From: a bacterium
GTDB taxonomy: Bacteria; Krumholzibacteriota; Krumholzibacteriia; LZORAL124-64-63
Length of the DNA stretch: 64,000 nucleotides
Direction of reading: 5' to 3'
NCBI GenBank assembly: GCA_024223715.1
Contig: JAAEOA010000202.1
Location: forward strand, 6,779 to 70,778
Below are positions 20,803 through 29,753 of the stretch, piece after piece. Positions within the stretch are counted from its first letter, which is position 1. Each line of letters opens with the position of its first letter. The position numbers and the translations under genes are program-made. Below the pieces are notes generated by a model. The model ran no database searches. It saw nothing but the letters and a program-made list of their open reading frames with translations, and was not told where the DNA came from.

Positions 20803-20829
20803 TTAGCAGTCTCGACCTTCGATTGCTAA
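20803..20829 (-). promoter_or_regulatory. CIRCE-type HrcA operator upstream of groES
   Basis: TTAGCAGTC-N9-GATTGCTAA compared with the consensus TTAGCACTC-N9-GAGTGCTAA. Lies ~75-100 nt upstream of the groES start. Confidence 0.8.
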
Positions 20830-20942
20830 TCGCTTGGTAAGATACTATGGGTTTGCTTGGGTGCAAGGGAATTTAAAGGTTTTTAGGGAAAAAATGAGTT
20901 AGAGGTGGCAGGGGTGACAGAGTGGCAGGAAGCCCTCTCCTC

Positions 20943-21803
20943 TCAATGTGTTTTTTTGATCTTTGGGCGGTTGCGGGAATTAACCTTTAAATGAGTATGC
21001 AGATCTGTCAGTTTATCGGTGGAGATAAAATCAACTTCCATTTCCTGCAAAACCCGCCAAATGGCCTGCTGTTTTGTGGAATCCGGAACATCTGTGCCCC
21101 AAAACCTGACCCGCCTATTTTGACCATGGGTAAGCCTGACTATATTTTTTAACTTACTTGTTTCCTCATCTTGAAGGGTTGATTCACCCTGCCATTTAAA
21201 CTCCTCAGTCCAATCAGCACTGATTAAAGTGATAATGCTCTTGTTCGGGTGTTCCTCAATATCTGCCAATCGTCCATCGTAATCTGCAATGGGTTGTTTG
21301 CACCTGGACATGGAACGGAAATCTCGTTTTCCGGAAACCACCACCCTAACCAAACCCGTTTTTCTTGTCTCCGAATTACCGTGAGAGATGATGTCTTCAT
21401 AGCTCCACAACAACTGCAGTAACGCCTTCCAACTAATCTCAGCAGAAGATTTCACATCGACCAGCAGAATAACCCCAGCCCCATTTTCGTAAACACTGCC
21501 CCCATGCCGTTGCACCAACTGCCTCAAAGGATCCAGATAAAGTGACTTCAAAGTCCTTTCGGGTGAGCAATCTTCCCGGTCATGGGCCACCAGAAACTCA
21601 CCATCCACTAAATGAACATCAGCTTCAATGCTACTGAATCCATAGTGCAAAGCATCCCAAAGTGGATTTTCATGCTGGTAATCGTTATGGGCATGGGCAG
21701 AAAAAGGAAGAGGTGCGAAAGCAGGAATCGGCTGGCTGATGCCGGGTTGCCACCCCAGCAACAGTAAAGAAACAAAAATAAGAACCAAAAACCAGCTCTT
21801 CAT
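20943..21803 (-). CDS. Secreted glycerophosphodiester phosphodiesterase / PI-PLC-like (AIM6-type) family protein
   Basis: Signal peptide MKSWFLVLIFVSLLLLGW. HAHNDYQHENPLWDALHYGFSSIEADVHLVDGEFLVAHD. Confidence 0.6.
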   Translation of the reverse strand: MKSWFLVLIFVSLLLLGWQPGISQPIPAFAPLPFSAHAHNDYQHENPLWDALHYGFSSIEADVHLVDGEFLVAHDREDCSPERTLKSLYLDPLRQLVQRHGGSVYENGAGVILLVDVKSSAEISWKALLQLLWSYEDIISHGNSETRKTGLVRVVVSGKRDFRSMSRCKQPIADYDGRLADIEEHPNKSIITLISADWTEEFKWQGESTLQDEETSKLKNIVRLTHGQNRRVRFWGTDVPDSTKQQAIWRVLQEMEVDFISTDKLTDLHTHLKVNSRNRPKIKKTH

Positions 21804-21824
21804 ATTTAGGCCTTAAGCTTAAGG

Positions 21825-22409
21825 TCAGGACTCTTCAACCTCAACAGGAGGACCAACCACTTCGAAGGGTTCCTCCATCAGCAGTCCCCGATCAAGATAA
21901 ACCCGAAAATGATACAATCCGGGTTCCCGGGCCTTCTTTTCAGAAATGTTAAATTTGGATTCCATAGTGAATTCAGGTTCATCGGAAACCAGAGTATCAG
22001 CTTTGCTGTAATGCAGGTTTTCAGCCTTCAGCCAATTAATAACGGTTTGAAACTGACCATCCTGCAATTGACTTTGGCGCACTTCAGCAAATTTTCGAAA
22101 CATTTCTTTGCCATCAGGACGCAGCCAGGACAAATGGATGGTGTATGGGCGTTCGGTTTTGACGTTGTCAAAATCGACCAGGGCCCGAACATAAGATTTT
22201 TTCCGTACTTTAAATTCCGTTCCCTCACCTATGCGGCGGCCACTTTTGCGGCTTACCTTGCGGCACAGAGTGGTTTCCACTGAAAAAGCATCCCCGGGGA
22301 GCAGTTCTCCTTTTTCTGCCGCACGAACCTGCTTCAGCTCTTCACTGGAACAACCAGCAAATACAGCGGCAAAAATTAAGAACAACAAAAAAAACAAACG
22401 GGATTTCAA
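21825..22409 (-). CDS. Hypothetical lipoprotein
   Basis: The TTG at 22409 lies 6 nt after GGAGGG. Lipobox FAAVFAGC. I recognise no family. Confidence 0.55.
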   Translation of the reverse strand: MKSRLFFLLFLIFAAVFAGCSSEELKQVRAAEKGELLPGDAFSVETTLCRKVSRKSGRRIGEGTEFKVRKKSYVRALVDFDNVKTERPYTIHLSWLRPDGKEMFRKFAEVRQSQLQDGQFQTVINWLKAENLHYSKADTLVSDEPEFTMESKFNISEKKAREPGLYHFRVYLDRGLLMEEPFEVVGPPVEVEES

Positions 22410-22445
22410 GATTTCCCTCCGTGGGTCTTGGCAGAATTTGGAACT

Positions 22446-22473
22446 GGGGTCACCAGCAAATGCCGGTGACCCC
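22446..22473 (-). terminator. Terminator-like hairpin after the large C25 gene
   Basis: Perfect 9-bp stem ggggtcacc / ggtgacccc with a 10-nt loop. The trailing sequence is only weakly U-rich. Confidence 0.45.
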
Positions 22474-22499
22474 ATCGATCATTTTTCAGGAAATGAGAC

Positions 22500-25400
22500 C
22501 TACTTCAGCAGGGTCATTTTCCGAGTCAGGGTTCCACTATCGGTGATCAACCGGTAGAAGTACAGCCCGGATGCAACCCGGCCGTCCTGATCGTTTTTTC
22601 CGCTCCAGGCAATAGTATGAGTACCAGCTGTCTGACGACCCTGAATCAGGGTGCGCACCAGACGACCTTCCACATTATAAATGCGAAGAGTCACATTTTG
22701 TGCCGAAGGCAGAGCAAATTTAATTTCCGTGCGGGGGTTGAACGGGTTCGGGGAGTTTTGAGCCAACATCAGCTGGCTGCCGGGAACGTCGTTCACACCA
22801 CTGGTTCCACCAATGGTGAAACTGGCAGCGGAAACAGATTCAGTGCTGTTGCCAGCGGAATCATGAACAATAACTTTAATCAGGTTGTCGGAGCCGGGAG
22901 TCGAAGGAACTGTCCAACTGTAAGTGCCGTTGAAAGCACCTTCAGCTACGGTTTCATCGAAGCTGGAGCCGTTATTGGTGCTCAGCAGAATTTGAACATT
23001 AACCACACCGATGTCATCACTCTGGTTCCAGGTGATGTCGGTTTCAGAACCCATAGCCAGGGTTTCGCCACCGTTGGGTGTGTTCAGGCTAACGACAGGT
23101 GATTCACTGTCCGTAAGCTGAGGGAAGCTGGTAAGCATGAAGTCGTCGACTCCAGCTTCAACCACTGAACCCTGGCCATAATCACTGGCGACAAAACGGA
23201 ACTGGGTATTGTTGCCCAAGTCCATGTTATCGGCCAGAATGAAGGACATTTTCTCCCAGCTTCGGTTACTGGCCGAAGTGCTTTCCAGCTCGACCCAGGC
23301 ACCGCTTTGGGAAAGTGCCTGTACAACCCAGGTATCTTCTCCCGGGCTGTATCCCGTGTCGTTGGTATACCAGCGATAGTATTGAACTTCCAAACCATCG
23401 TAACCAGCAATATCGAACAGAGGTGACTGCAAAGTTGTAACTCCACCATCGATATCGTTGGCACCTTGTTCGCCACCAACAGGATCCTGGCCGGTGATCC
23501 AGCACATGGTTCCAGGATTGCTGTGATCGTCTTCAGGGGAAACTTCAGTTTGGCCGTTGAAGACACCAACAGGGTCAACATTGGTCCACAGACCGGAAGA
23601 AGCATTATCACCGCTAATTCCACCAGTCCAATCACTGGCATTTTCCATTTCAGCCGTGTACAGAATAGCAGTATCAGCAATCATGAAGCTGTACGGGGTG
23701 TACGGTGCCGATGCCGGTTCCATGGTATTAAAGGCCACTAGGTCAGTACTGGTCATCCAATACTGAATCAGGGTGCCGTCGGCTTGGCCGGGAATGGAGA
23801 CGCGCCATGTGTCCTCGGGTCCTTCAGCTTGTGGGGTCAACTCGAAAGGACCGCCGGTACTGCTACTGGTGTAGTAGAAATGTGTTTCCTGAATTCCGCT
23901 GTAATCGCTGACTTCATAAACCACATCGTAAGGACCAGCGGTGTCACCGGTGCTTTCAGGTTGTTGCTGCATGTCGAAAACCGGGCCGGCGTTATCGACC
24001 AGCGCGAAATCAACCACAGTTTCCATGTCTTCATTGATAACCACTCCGAAGGTGGTATCAGGAGCAAAAGAAGGATGATGCACGGCAACATTATAAGTGC
24101 CAACAGTCACGCCACTTTGGTAAAGACCATTTTCAGTACTCATCAGGCTTAAGCCGGTTCCCAGAATATTGACCGAGGCGCCATCGATGGGACCATTGTC
24201 GGCAACATTGGTCACGCTGCCACGCAGAATTCCCTGAGCCTGAGGAAGCACCGTGCGGAAGATAATGCTGCGGCCATCCACGAGGCTTGCAGCACCATTG
24301 GGATACAACTGGTAATAGGTATAAAGGACTGCATCGTCGCGGTCTTCATTTTGAATACCCACCGTAGCATAACCGGTTTCACCATCGGTATGGTTCACTT
24401 CCTGGTAGTTCATGGTGATGATGCCATCGCCTGTATCACCAGCATCGAAAGCGGGATCCTGAAGGATGACTTCAAAGGTTTCTTTGGCGCTGGAGTTGAC
24501 CGCATTGGCAACATTGTCCCACTGAATGACAAGCCGGTGATTGGCTTCGTCATACCAGGAGAAGATACCACTGTTACTGCTTTGTTCGTACAAATCGTCC
24601 CAGTAAACGGCAATTAAGTTGTCGGGGGTACCGGGGCTGGGCAGAGTCCAGTTGCGGTAATGACGCAAATCGGTGCCACCCATGCTGATCCAACCGTTGG
24701 AACAGACACTCATTTTGGTGAAAGTCTGGCCGTAGTAAGTGAACGGGAAAGGCAGATCTACAATGACAACATCATCTTGCCAGCGACCATTATCCTGCAG
24801 ACCCAGGCTGGTACCCGGTCCACCACTGTGAGGTGCAATTTCCACCCAGTCGTAAGTGGGTGCCAGAGCGTATTCGGTATCGGTATTGTCGAAGGCATAA
24901 TAACCGTGGTTGTCGGGTCCCACAGGATCGCTAGTTGAGGCGGTGCCAACAGTAACCAAAACAGGCAAACTGACGGTTCCGCCTTCATCAAAGACTAAAT
25001 CCATGGTTAAAGTGGCCGTATGACCAGGATAGCATTCAACACCAGCATTCAGAGTAAAGGTGTTAAGATCGTTTGAACCTCGAGAGCCGACGGTGATTGG
25101 ACCATAAGAGCCATCAGAATCGGTTACTGACAACCAGGTACTGTTGGAACTCAGGGTCGCTGTTGCACCACTGGTTGGAAGGTTACCAGTGTTACGCAGA
25201 TCAACTTCCAAAAAGGCGCTTTCACCCGGGTTGATGCTACCACCGGACAAAACATAACCTTCAACTTCAGCTGCGGGGCCAAAGATACTCAGATCTACTA
25301 AAGAGGTCCATTCATCTGAACCTGCAGTGGAGACCAGGTCGAGTGAAATAATGCTTCCACCCATGGCCGAAGGATCCACTTCCACAACATAGTTTTGTTG

Positions 25401-27656
25401 GCCATCGGTTGTAACGCCACTGCCAATGGAGCCGAAAGCTGCATCAGCCTGAACCACGGTTACCTGAGGATGGGAGCTGGACAAGTTGGCTGTAACGTTA
25501 TTCACGCCACCGGTGCCGTCATTAATCAGGCTGATGTCCAATTCCACGGTTTCGCCGGGGTTGATGTCGCCATCGTTATTTCCCTGGCTGTCACCGGAAT
25601 TATCGTCATCCTGGGTCATGCTGGCGAAATTGACCGAAGCGGGTAGATCACCAACATTAAGGACACCCAAATAAGGCCGGATGTTGCGACCGGTAACAGT
25701 CATTTCGTAAGTTCCGTCAGTAAGTCCGGTCAAAGGAAGATTGACACGACCGAAGGCATCGGTCACGGCACTGACCTGAATGACATCTTTTCGGTAAAGA
25801 GTCACCAAGGCGCCCTCTTTGGGACCACCATCGGAAACCACAACCGGCAGGCTGTTGGCGCCGGAGGTGATGGTATTGGCATAGTCGACAGAAACACTCC
25901 TAGGCAATCCGGACCACAAAGCAGTGGCAGGATCACCCATCAGGTTATTCCAGGTACACCAGACTTCAACCTGACTAGGTTCCCGGTCATAATAGTTGCT
26001 ATACATGTGAAGCTTTCCAGCAGTGAGACCAACACCTGCGCGGCTGTCGTCACTGTTGATCATGCTTTCGGCCACACCCTGAAAAACACAGTTATTGTAC
26101 CGGGTGTGTGTACCGATGGTTGCGGTTCCAATTGATCCGATACCACCACCGTTAGCATTCCGTAAGAAGGCTTCACTACGACAGTTGCCATCAGTTTCGA
26201 AACTACCCGTGTCACAGGTAACAACCAGGGCAAACGGAAGTTTTTCGCCGTTGTAAAGACTTCCAATATGGCCACTGCTCATACCACTCATGCCCCAGTA
26301 ACCACGGTAAGTAAAAAAGCTGATGCCACTGTTAATGGAACTCATCATCTGGCTTGAAAAATTACCGTTCCAAATGGTGTCTACACTGGTGTAGTGATGC
26401 TCAAGAAGTTGTTGCTTAACCCATTGGTTGATCCAGATGCAGGAATAACCGGAAGAAGCAGGGTCTCCGGCCAAAGCAGCTCGGGCAAACCACCCGGTAT
26501 CACTATCCAGGTAAGGGTCGCTTTCGTATTTGACAATTTTTGAAACAACGTCAGCAAGCTGACTGGTGCTTTCAACTGAAAGACGTCCCAGGTGAACATC
26601 GGAGAGGATGTCTCTTCCTTCAAGAAGGGTATAGCTATGATCACCTTCACCACCATAACCGGATTGGTTCTCGATGAAAGTGGGAATGCTGACCGAACCG
26701 TTTGCATCGCCAACAAGAGTGACAAACTCCAGAGGAATGCTCAGGTTGTTGTATTGAATCTGAAGGTAATTCCTTATTGACGAAGTAGTGTTTCCAGTTT
26801 CTGAGGTGCTGGCCACAACAACGTTATAACCCTGACGCGAGCGCCAGTCGATCAAAGGCTGAATGTTGTTAAGAACAGTGGAACTGGAAGGATAGATAAT
26901 AAGGTAAGTTCCCGGGCCCTGCATGACCTGGCCATTGCGTTGGTAGCCAATGACTTCATTTTCGTACAAGGTGGCAAAAGATTCAGGAATCAGACTCCCG
27001 GAATTGCTAACATTCTTGTCATTGGAGGCCACAAATTCAAATTCGGCGGAAATTTCAGCAGCAACGGTGAGTTTTCCATCGGCGGAATTCCACACAGCAG
27101 GACGGAAGCGCACAGGAACAACCCGAACACCACGCAACAAGCCAGGCTCTCCCACTTCAACCATGGGAAGGCTGGTAACCTGTTTATTACCGGAATAAAC
27201 AGCCATGTCTTTGGACAATGAATTGTCAGCCTGGTCTTTTAAGCCCTGGGTAGGCCAGGGCAGGAAAGGACCGTCAACCACAGTGTCCTGAGTTTGCAGG
27301 TTTTTCAACTGCAGGGTTTGGCCATTGGGGATCGCCACCAAACGGGTGATCAGAGGCAAAGCGGGCTGGCCCTCCAGGCCATCACTTTCAGCGCCAGGCA
27401 TATCGATCAGATGGTATTTCTGACCATTTTGGCTTTTCGAACCTAACTCCAGATATGGGGCCTGAAAGTTTAAAGTCATACCATTAGCAGATTTTGAAGC
27501 ACTTTCCACGGAAACTTTGGTTTCACCATTGGAGGCTGCCAAAGGAATCAGGTCGGTAGCTTCAGCTGCCAGAACCATAGATCCAGTCAAAATCAGGCAT
27601 AATGCTATAACAGACATGAAGAAAGGCAAAGAAGCGACCCGGCGCCACTGAAACAT
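22500..27656 (-). CDS. Giant (1718 aa) secreted gingipain-like peptidase C25 family protein with Ig-like/CARDB-like, carboxypeptidase-regulatory-like and MAM-like modules, ending in a FlgD-Ig/T9SS-type C-terminal domain
   Basis: C25 N-terminal hallmarks YLIIYPSSS...IQPLIDWRSRQGYNVVV and LVGDANGSVSIPTF...GEGDHSYTLL...HLGRLSV; Cys motif LVVTCDTGSF. C-terminus NSPNPFNPRTEIKFALP...LRIYNVEGRLVRTL...SGLYFYRL...TRKMTLLK. The ATG at 27656 lies 5 nt after GGAGG and gives the signal peptide MFQWRRVASLPFFMSVIALCLILTGSMVLAAEA. Confidence 0.8.
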   Translation of the reverse strand: MFQWRRVASLPFFMSVIALCLILTGSMVLAAEATDLIPLAASNGETKVSVESASKSANGMTLNFQAPYLELGSKSQNGQKYHLIDMPGAESDGLEGQPALPLITRLVAIPNGQTLQLKNLQTQDTVVDGPFLPWPTQGLKDQADNSLSKDMAVYSGNKQVTSLPMVEVGEPGLLRGVRVVPVRFRPAVWNSADGKLTVAAEISAEFEFVASNDKNVSNSGSLIPESFATLYENEVIGYQRNGQVMQGPGTYLIIYPSSSTVLNNIQPLIDWRSRQGYNVVVASTSETGNTTSSIRNYLQIQYNNLSIPLEFVTLVGDANGSVSIPTFIENQSGYGGEGDHSYTLLEGRDILSDVHLGRLSVESTSQLADVVSKIVKYESDPYLDSDTGWFARAALAGDPASSGYSCIWINQWVKQQLLEHHYTSVDTIWNGNFSSQMMSSINSGISFFTYRGYWGMSGMSSGHIGSLYNGEKLPFALVVTCDTGSFETDGNCRSEAFLRNANGGGIGSIGTATIGTHTRYNNCVFQGVAESMINSDDSRAGVGLTAGKLHMYSNYYDREPSQVEVWCTWNNLMGDPATALWSGLPRSVSVDYANTITSGANSLPVVVSDGGPKEGALVTLYRKDVIQVSAVTDAFGRVNLPLTGLTDGTYEMTVTGRNIRPYLGVLNVGDLPASVNFASMTQDDDNSGDSQGNNDGDINPGETVELDISLINDGTGGVNNVTANLSSSHPQVTVVQADAAFGSIGSGVTTDGQQNYVVEVDPSAMGGSIISLDLVSTAGSDEWTSLVDLSIFGPAAEVEGYVLSGGSINPGESAFLEVDLRNTGNLPTSGATATLSSNSTWLSVTDSDGSYGPITVGSRGSNDLNTFTLNAGVECYPGHTATLTMDLVFDEGGTVSLPVLVTVGTASTSDPVGPDNHGYYAFDNTDTEYALAPTYDWVEIAPHSGGPGTSLGLQDNGRWQDDVVIVDLPFPFTYYGQTFTKMSVCSNGWISMGGTDLRHYRNWTLPSPGTPDNLIAVYWDDLYEQSSNSGIFSWYDEANHRLVIQWDNVANAVNSSAKETFEVILQDPAFDAGDTGDGIITMNYQEVNHTDGETGYATVGIQNEDRDDAVLYTYYQLYPNGAASLVDGRSIIFRTVLPQAQGILRGSVTNVADNGPIDGASVNILGTGLSLMSTENGLYQSGVTVGTYNVAVHHPSFAPDTTFGVVINEDMETVVDFALVDNAGPVFDMQQQPESTGDTAGPYDVVYEVSDYSGIQETHFYYTSSSTGGPFELTPQAEGPEDTWRVSIPGQADGTLIQYWMTSTDLVAFNTMEPASAPYTPYSFMIADTAILYTAEMENASDWTGGISGDNASSGLWTNVDPVGVFNGQTEVSPEDDHSNPGTMCWITGQDPVGGEQGANDIDGGVTTLQSPLFDIAGYDGLEVQYYRWYTNDTGYSPGEDTWVVQALSQSGAWVELESTSASNRSWEKMSFILADNMDLGNNTQFRFVASDYGQGSVVEAGVDDFMLTSFPQLTDSESPVVSLNTPNGGETLAMGSETDITWNQSDDIGVVNVQILLSTNNGSSFDETVAEGAFNGTYSWTVPSTPGSDNLIKVIVHDSAGNSTESVSAASFTIGGTSGVNDVPGSQLMLAQNSPNPFNPRTEIKFALPSAQNVTLRIYNVEGRLVRTLIQGRQTAGTHTIAWSGKNDQDGRVASGLYFYRLITDSGTLTRKMTLLK

Positions 27657-28115
27657 AATGTCCTCCAATCCGGATGGAAACCTGGGAAACCAGAGAGTCG
27701 TGTCCGGCTTGAGTAAAATGTGAAGGAATTGAGCGAGTTCAACCCCGGCGTGAAGAAATGAATTTGATGCAACAAACTCCATTTCACCTTTAACTATAAT
27801 ATTATACCAGAAGTACACAGGGAAATGTTCAGGTTTATCTTCACATTTCCGCAACATTTAAGGTCTTTTGGAACCATAAAACATGTATCCATAATATATT
27901 ATCACGCAAAAGTTAATCTTTACCTCTGGATTCAACCTAGTTGTGTTTGGTATACTTATTATCAACTTTTGAGCGCGCAATTGCAATTTACCGGAAATTA
28001 CTCCGGATTGCTTTCTGAACCTCGTACGCCTCATTGAATCGCCCCTTGGAATTAGCGAGTCAACAGCTGGTTTCCGTACCGAAGGCGCGGGGTCTGAAAA
28101 TTGAAAGGATCGATC

Positions 28116-29753
28116 ATGAAACGAATTCTAATTTTGGCTATTATCAGCTCACTTTTTTGTCTGGGTATAGCCCGGGCTGCGGTGATAAATGTACCAGCCG
28201 ACTATACTAACATTCACGATGCAGTACAAGCTGCCCAGACGGGCGATACCGTTTTGGTAGCAGCTGGTACTTACAATGATTGTACTCACCCAACTGAAGG
28301 GCCTGAATCCACCCCCGCTTGCGTTATCATGAAATCTGGGGTCACTCTTCGGGGTGCAGGACCTGAATTAACCATTATCGATGCCCAGGAAGCTGGTCGC
28401 GGTATTTTTATTGAAGGTGTATCCGATTGTAGTGTTGAAAACCTGCAAGTCACCGGAGCATATGCAGCAATATATGGAGCTGGCCTTTTGATACGCCAAG
28501 TGGACTCATCGGTGGAAATTTCCGACGTAAGAGTAACCGGCTGTACTGATGGTGGTGTTGTGACAATTAATTATAGCCATCCAGTCTTGCGACGGGTGAC
28601 CATGGACCACAACGAAGCCAAACAGGGTGGCGGTCTGGCTATTGAAGAAGACAGCAATCCATCGGTTATCGACTGCATTGTCGATAATAATGAAGCTCCC
28701 AGCGGTGCTGGTATTTTTATCAGGCAAAATTGTGAACCCACCATTGATGGAACGGTCGTTAAAAACAATACCATCAACGCCAACTGGGGAAACGGCGGTG
28801 GCATATCTGTGCAAAGTAGTTCACCCACCATTACAAATTGTGAAATTCTGAACAATACGACCTTGGGTTATGGAGGCGGCATCGCCTTTCTGGATAACTC
28901 CACGGGCCTGATGGAAGATTGCCTCATTAAAGGCAACAACGCTTCTTTTACTTACAGTCAGGGTGGCGGAGTTTCTACTCAGACCAGCAGCCCAATTTTT
29001 CGTCGGGTTGTAATTGCCGAAAACACTGCCAGTGGTTATTATGCTGAAGGTGGCGGACTGGATATCAGCTTTGGCCCTGCCCCTACTCTGGAAAGTTGCA
29101 CCATCGTGGGTAATTCCACCAGCGGCAACGGTTTTGGTGGTGGAATTGCTATTCAATGGAATGCAAATCCTATCATTGACAAATGCATCATTTCCGGTTC
29201 CACTGCCGGTCAGGGAATTTTTTGCTCCAGCGCCACACCAGTGGTCAGTTGCACCAACATTTTTGGAAACGCCGGTGGTGACGATGTATGCGGAACCGAC
29301 AACGGCGGGAATTTTTCTGCTGATCCGTTATTCTGTGGCATTGAAGGCTCTGAATACAACCTTAACAGCAACAGTCCGTGTGCCCCCGGTAACCATCCCG
29401 GTGGTTTGTGTGATGGTGAATTGATTGGCGCCAAAACCGCTGGTTGCGGTGAGTCGCCCGCTCCCATGCCTGGTTTGCAGGGATTGACTCTGGGTAACCA
29501 CCCGAATCCTTTCAACCCACGCACCACCATCTTCTTTGAATTACCCAAAGCCGGAGCCGCTACCCTGCGTATTTACGACATGGCTGGTCGTCTGGTTCAA
29601 ATCCGCTCCTGGGACAGCTTGCCCCAGGGTCGTACCGAATTTCAATGGAACGGTCTTGATCGACAAGGCCGCGCCCAATCCAGTGGTGTTTACCTGTACC
29701 GGGTAGATACCAGCGATGAATCCCTCAGTCAAAGGATGAGTCTGATCAGATGA
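28116..29753 (+). CDS. Secreted right-handed parallel beta-helix repeat protein with FlgD-Ig/T9SS-type C-terminal domain
   Basis: Signal peptide MKRILILAIISSLFCLGIARA. Repeated N-x-A-x-x-GGG(I/L) coils. C-terminus NHPNPFNPRTTIFFELP...LRIYDMAGRLV...GVYLYRV...QRMSLIR. AAGGA SD before the ATG at 28116. Confidence 0.75.
   Translation: MKRILILAIISSLFCLGIARAAVINVPADYTNIHDAVQAAQTGDTVLVAAGTYNDCTHPTEGPESTPACVIMKSGVTLRGAGPELTIIDAQEAGRGIFIEGVSDCSVENLQVTGAYAAIYGAGLLIRQVDSSVEISDVRVTGCTDGGVVTINYSHPVLRRVTMDHNEAKQGGGLAIEEDSNPSVIDCIVDNNEAPSGAGIFIRQNCEPTIDGTVVKNNTINANWGNGGGISVQSSSPTITNCEILNNTTLGYGGGIAFLDNSTGLMEDCLIKGNNASFTYSQGGGVSTQTSSPIFRRVVIAENTASGYYAEGGGLDISFGPAPTLESCTIVGNSTSGNGFGGGIAIQWNANPIIDKCIISGSTAGQGIFCSSATPVVSCTNIFGNAGGDDVCGTDNGGNFSADPLFCGIEGSEYNLNSNSPCAPGNHPGGLCDGELIGAKTAGCGESPAPMPGLQGLTLGNHPNPFNPRTTIFFELPKAGAATLRIYDMAGRLVQIRSWDSLPQGRTEFQWNGLDRQGRAQSSGVYLYRVDTSDESLSQRMSLIR

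Noticed and set aside
27657-27857. ORF-track 5' extensions of the C25 gene. Similar extensions occur at 2359-2505, 14166-14273, 50969-51046, 57249-57377, 57391-57543 and 22410-22475.
   Set aside because: In each case an internal start has a good SD and/or produces a proper signal peptide or a conserved N-terminus. The extension either overlaps a neighbouring gene or runs through a terminator.
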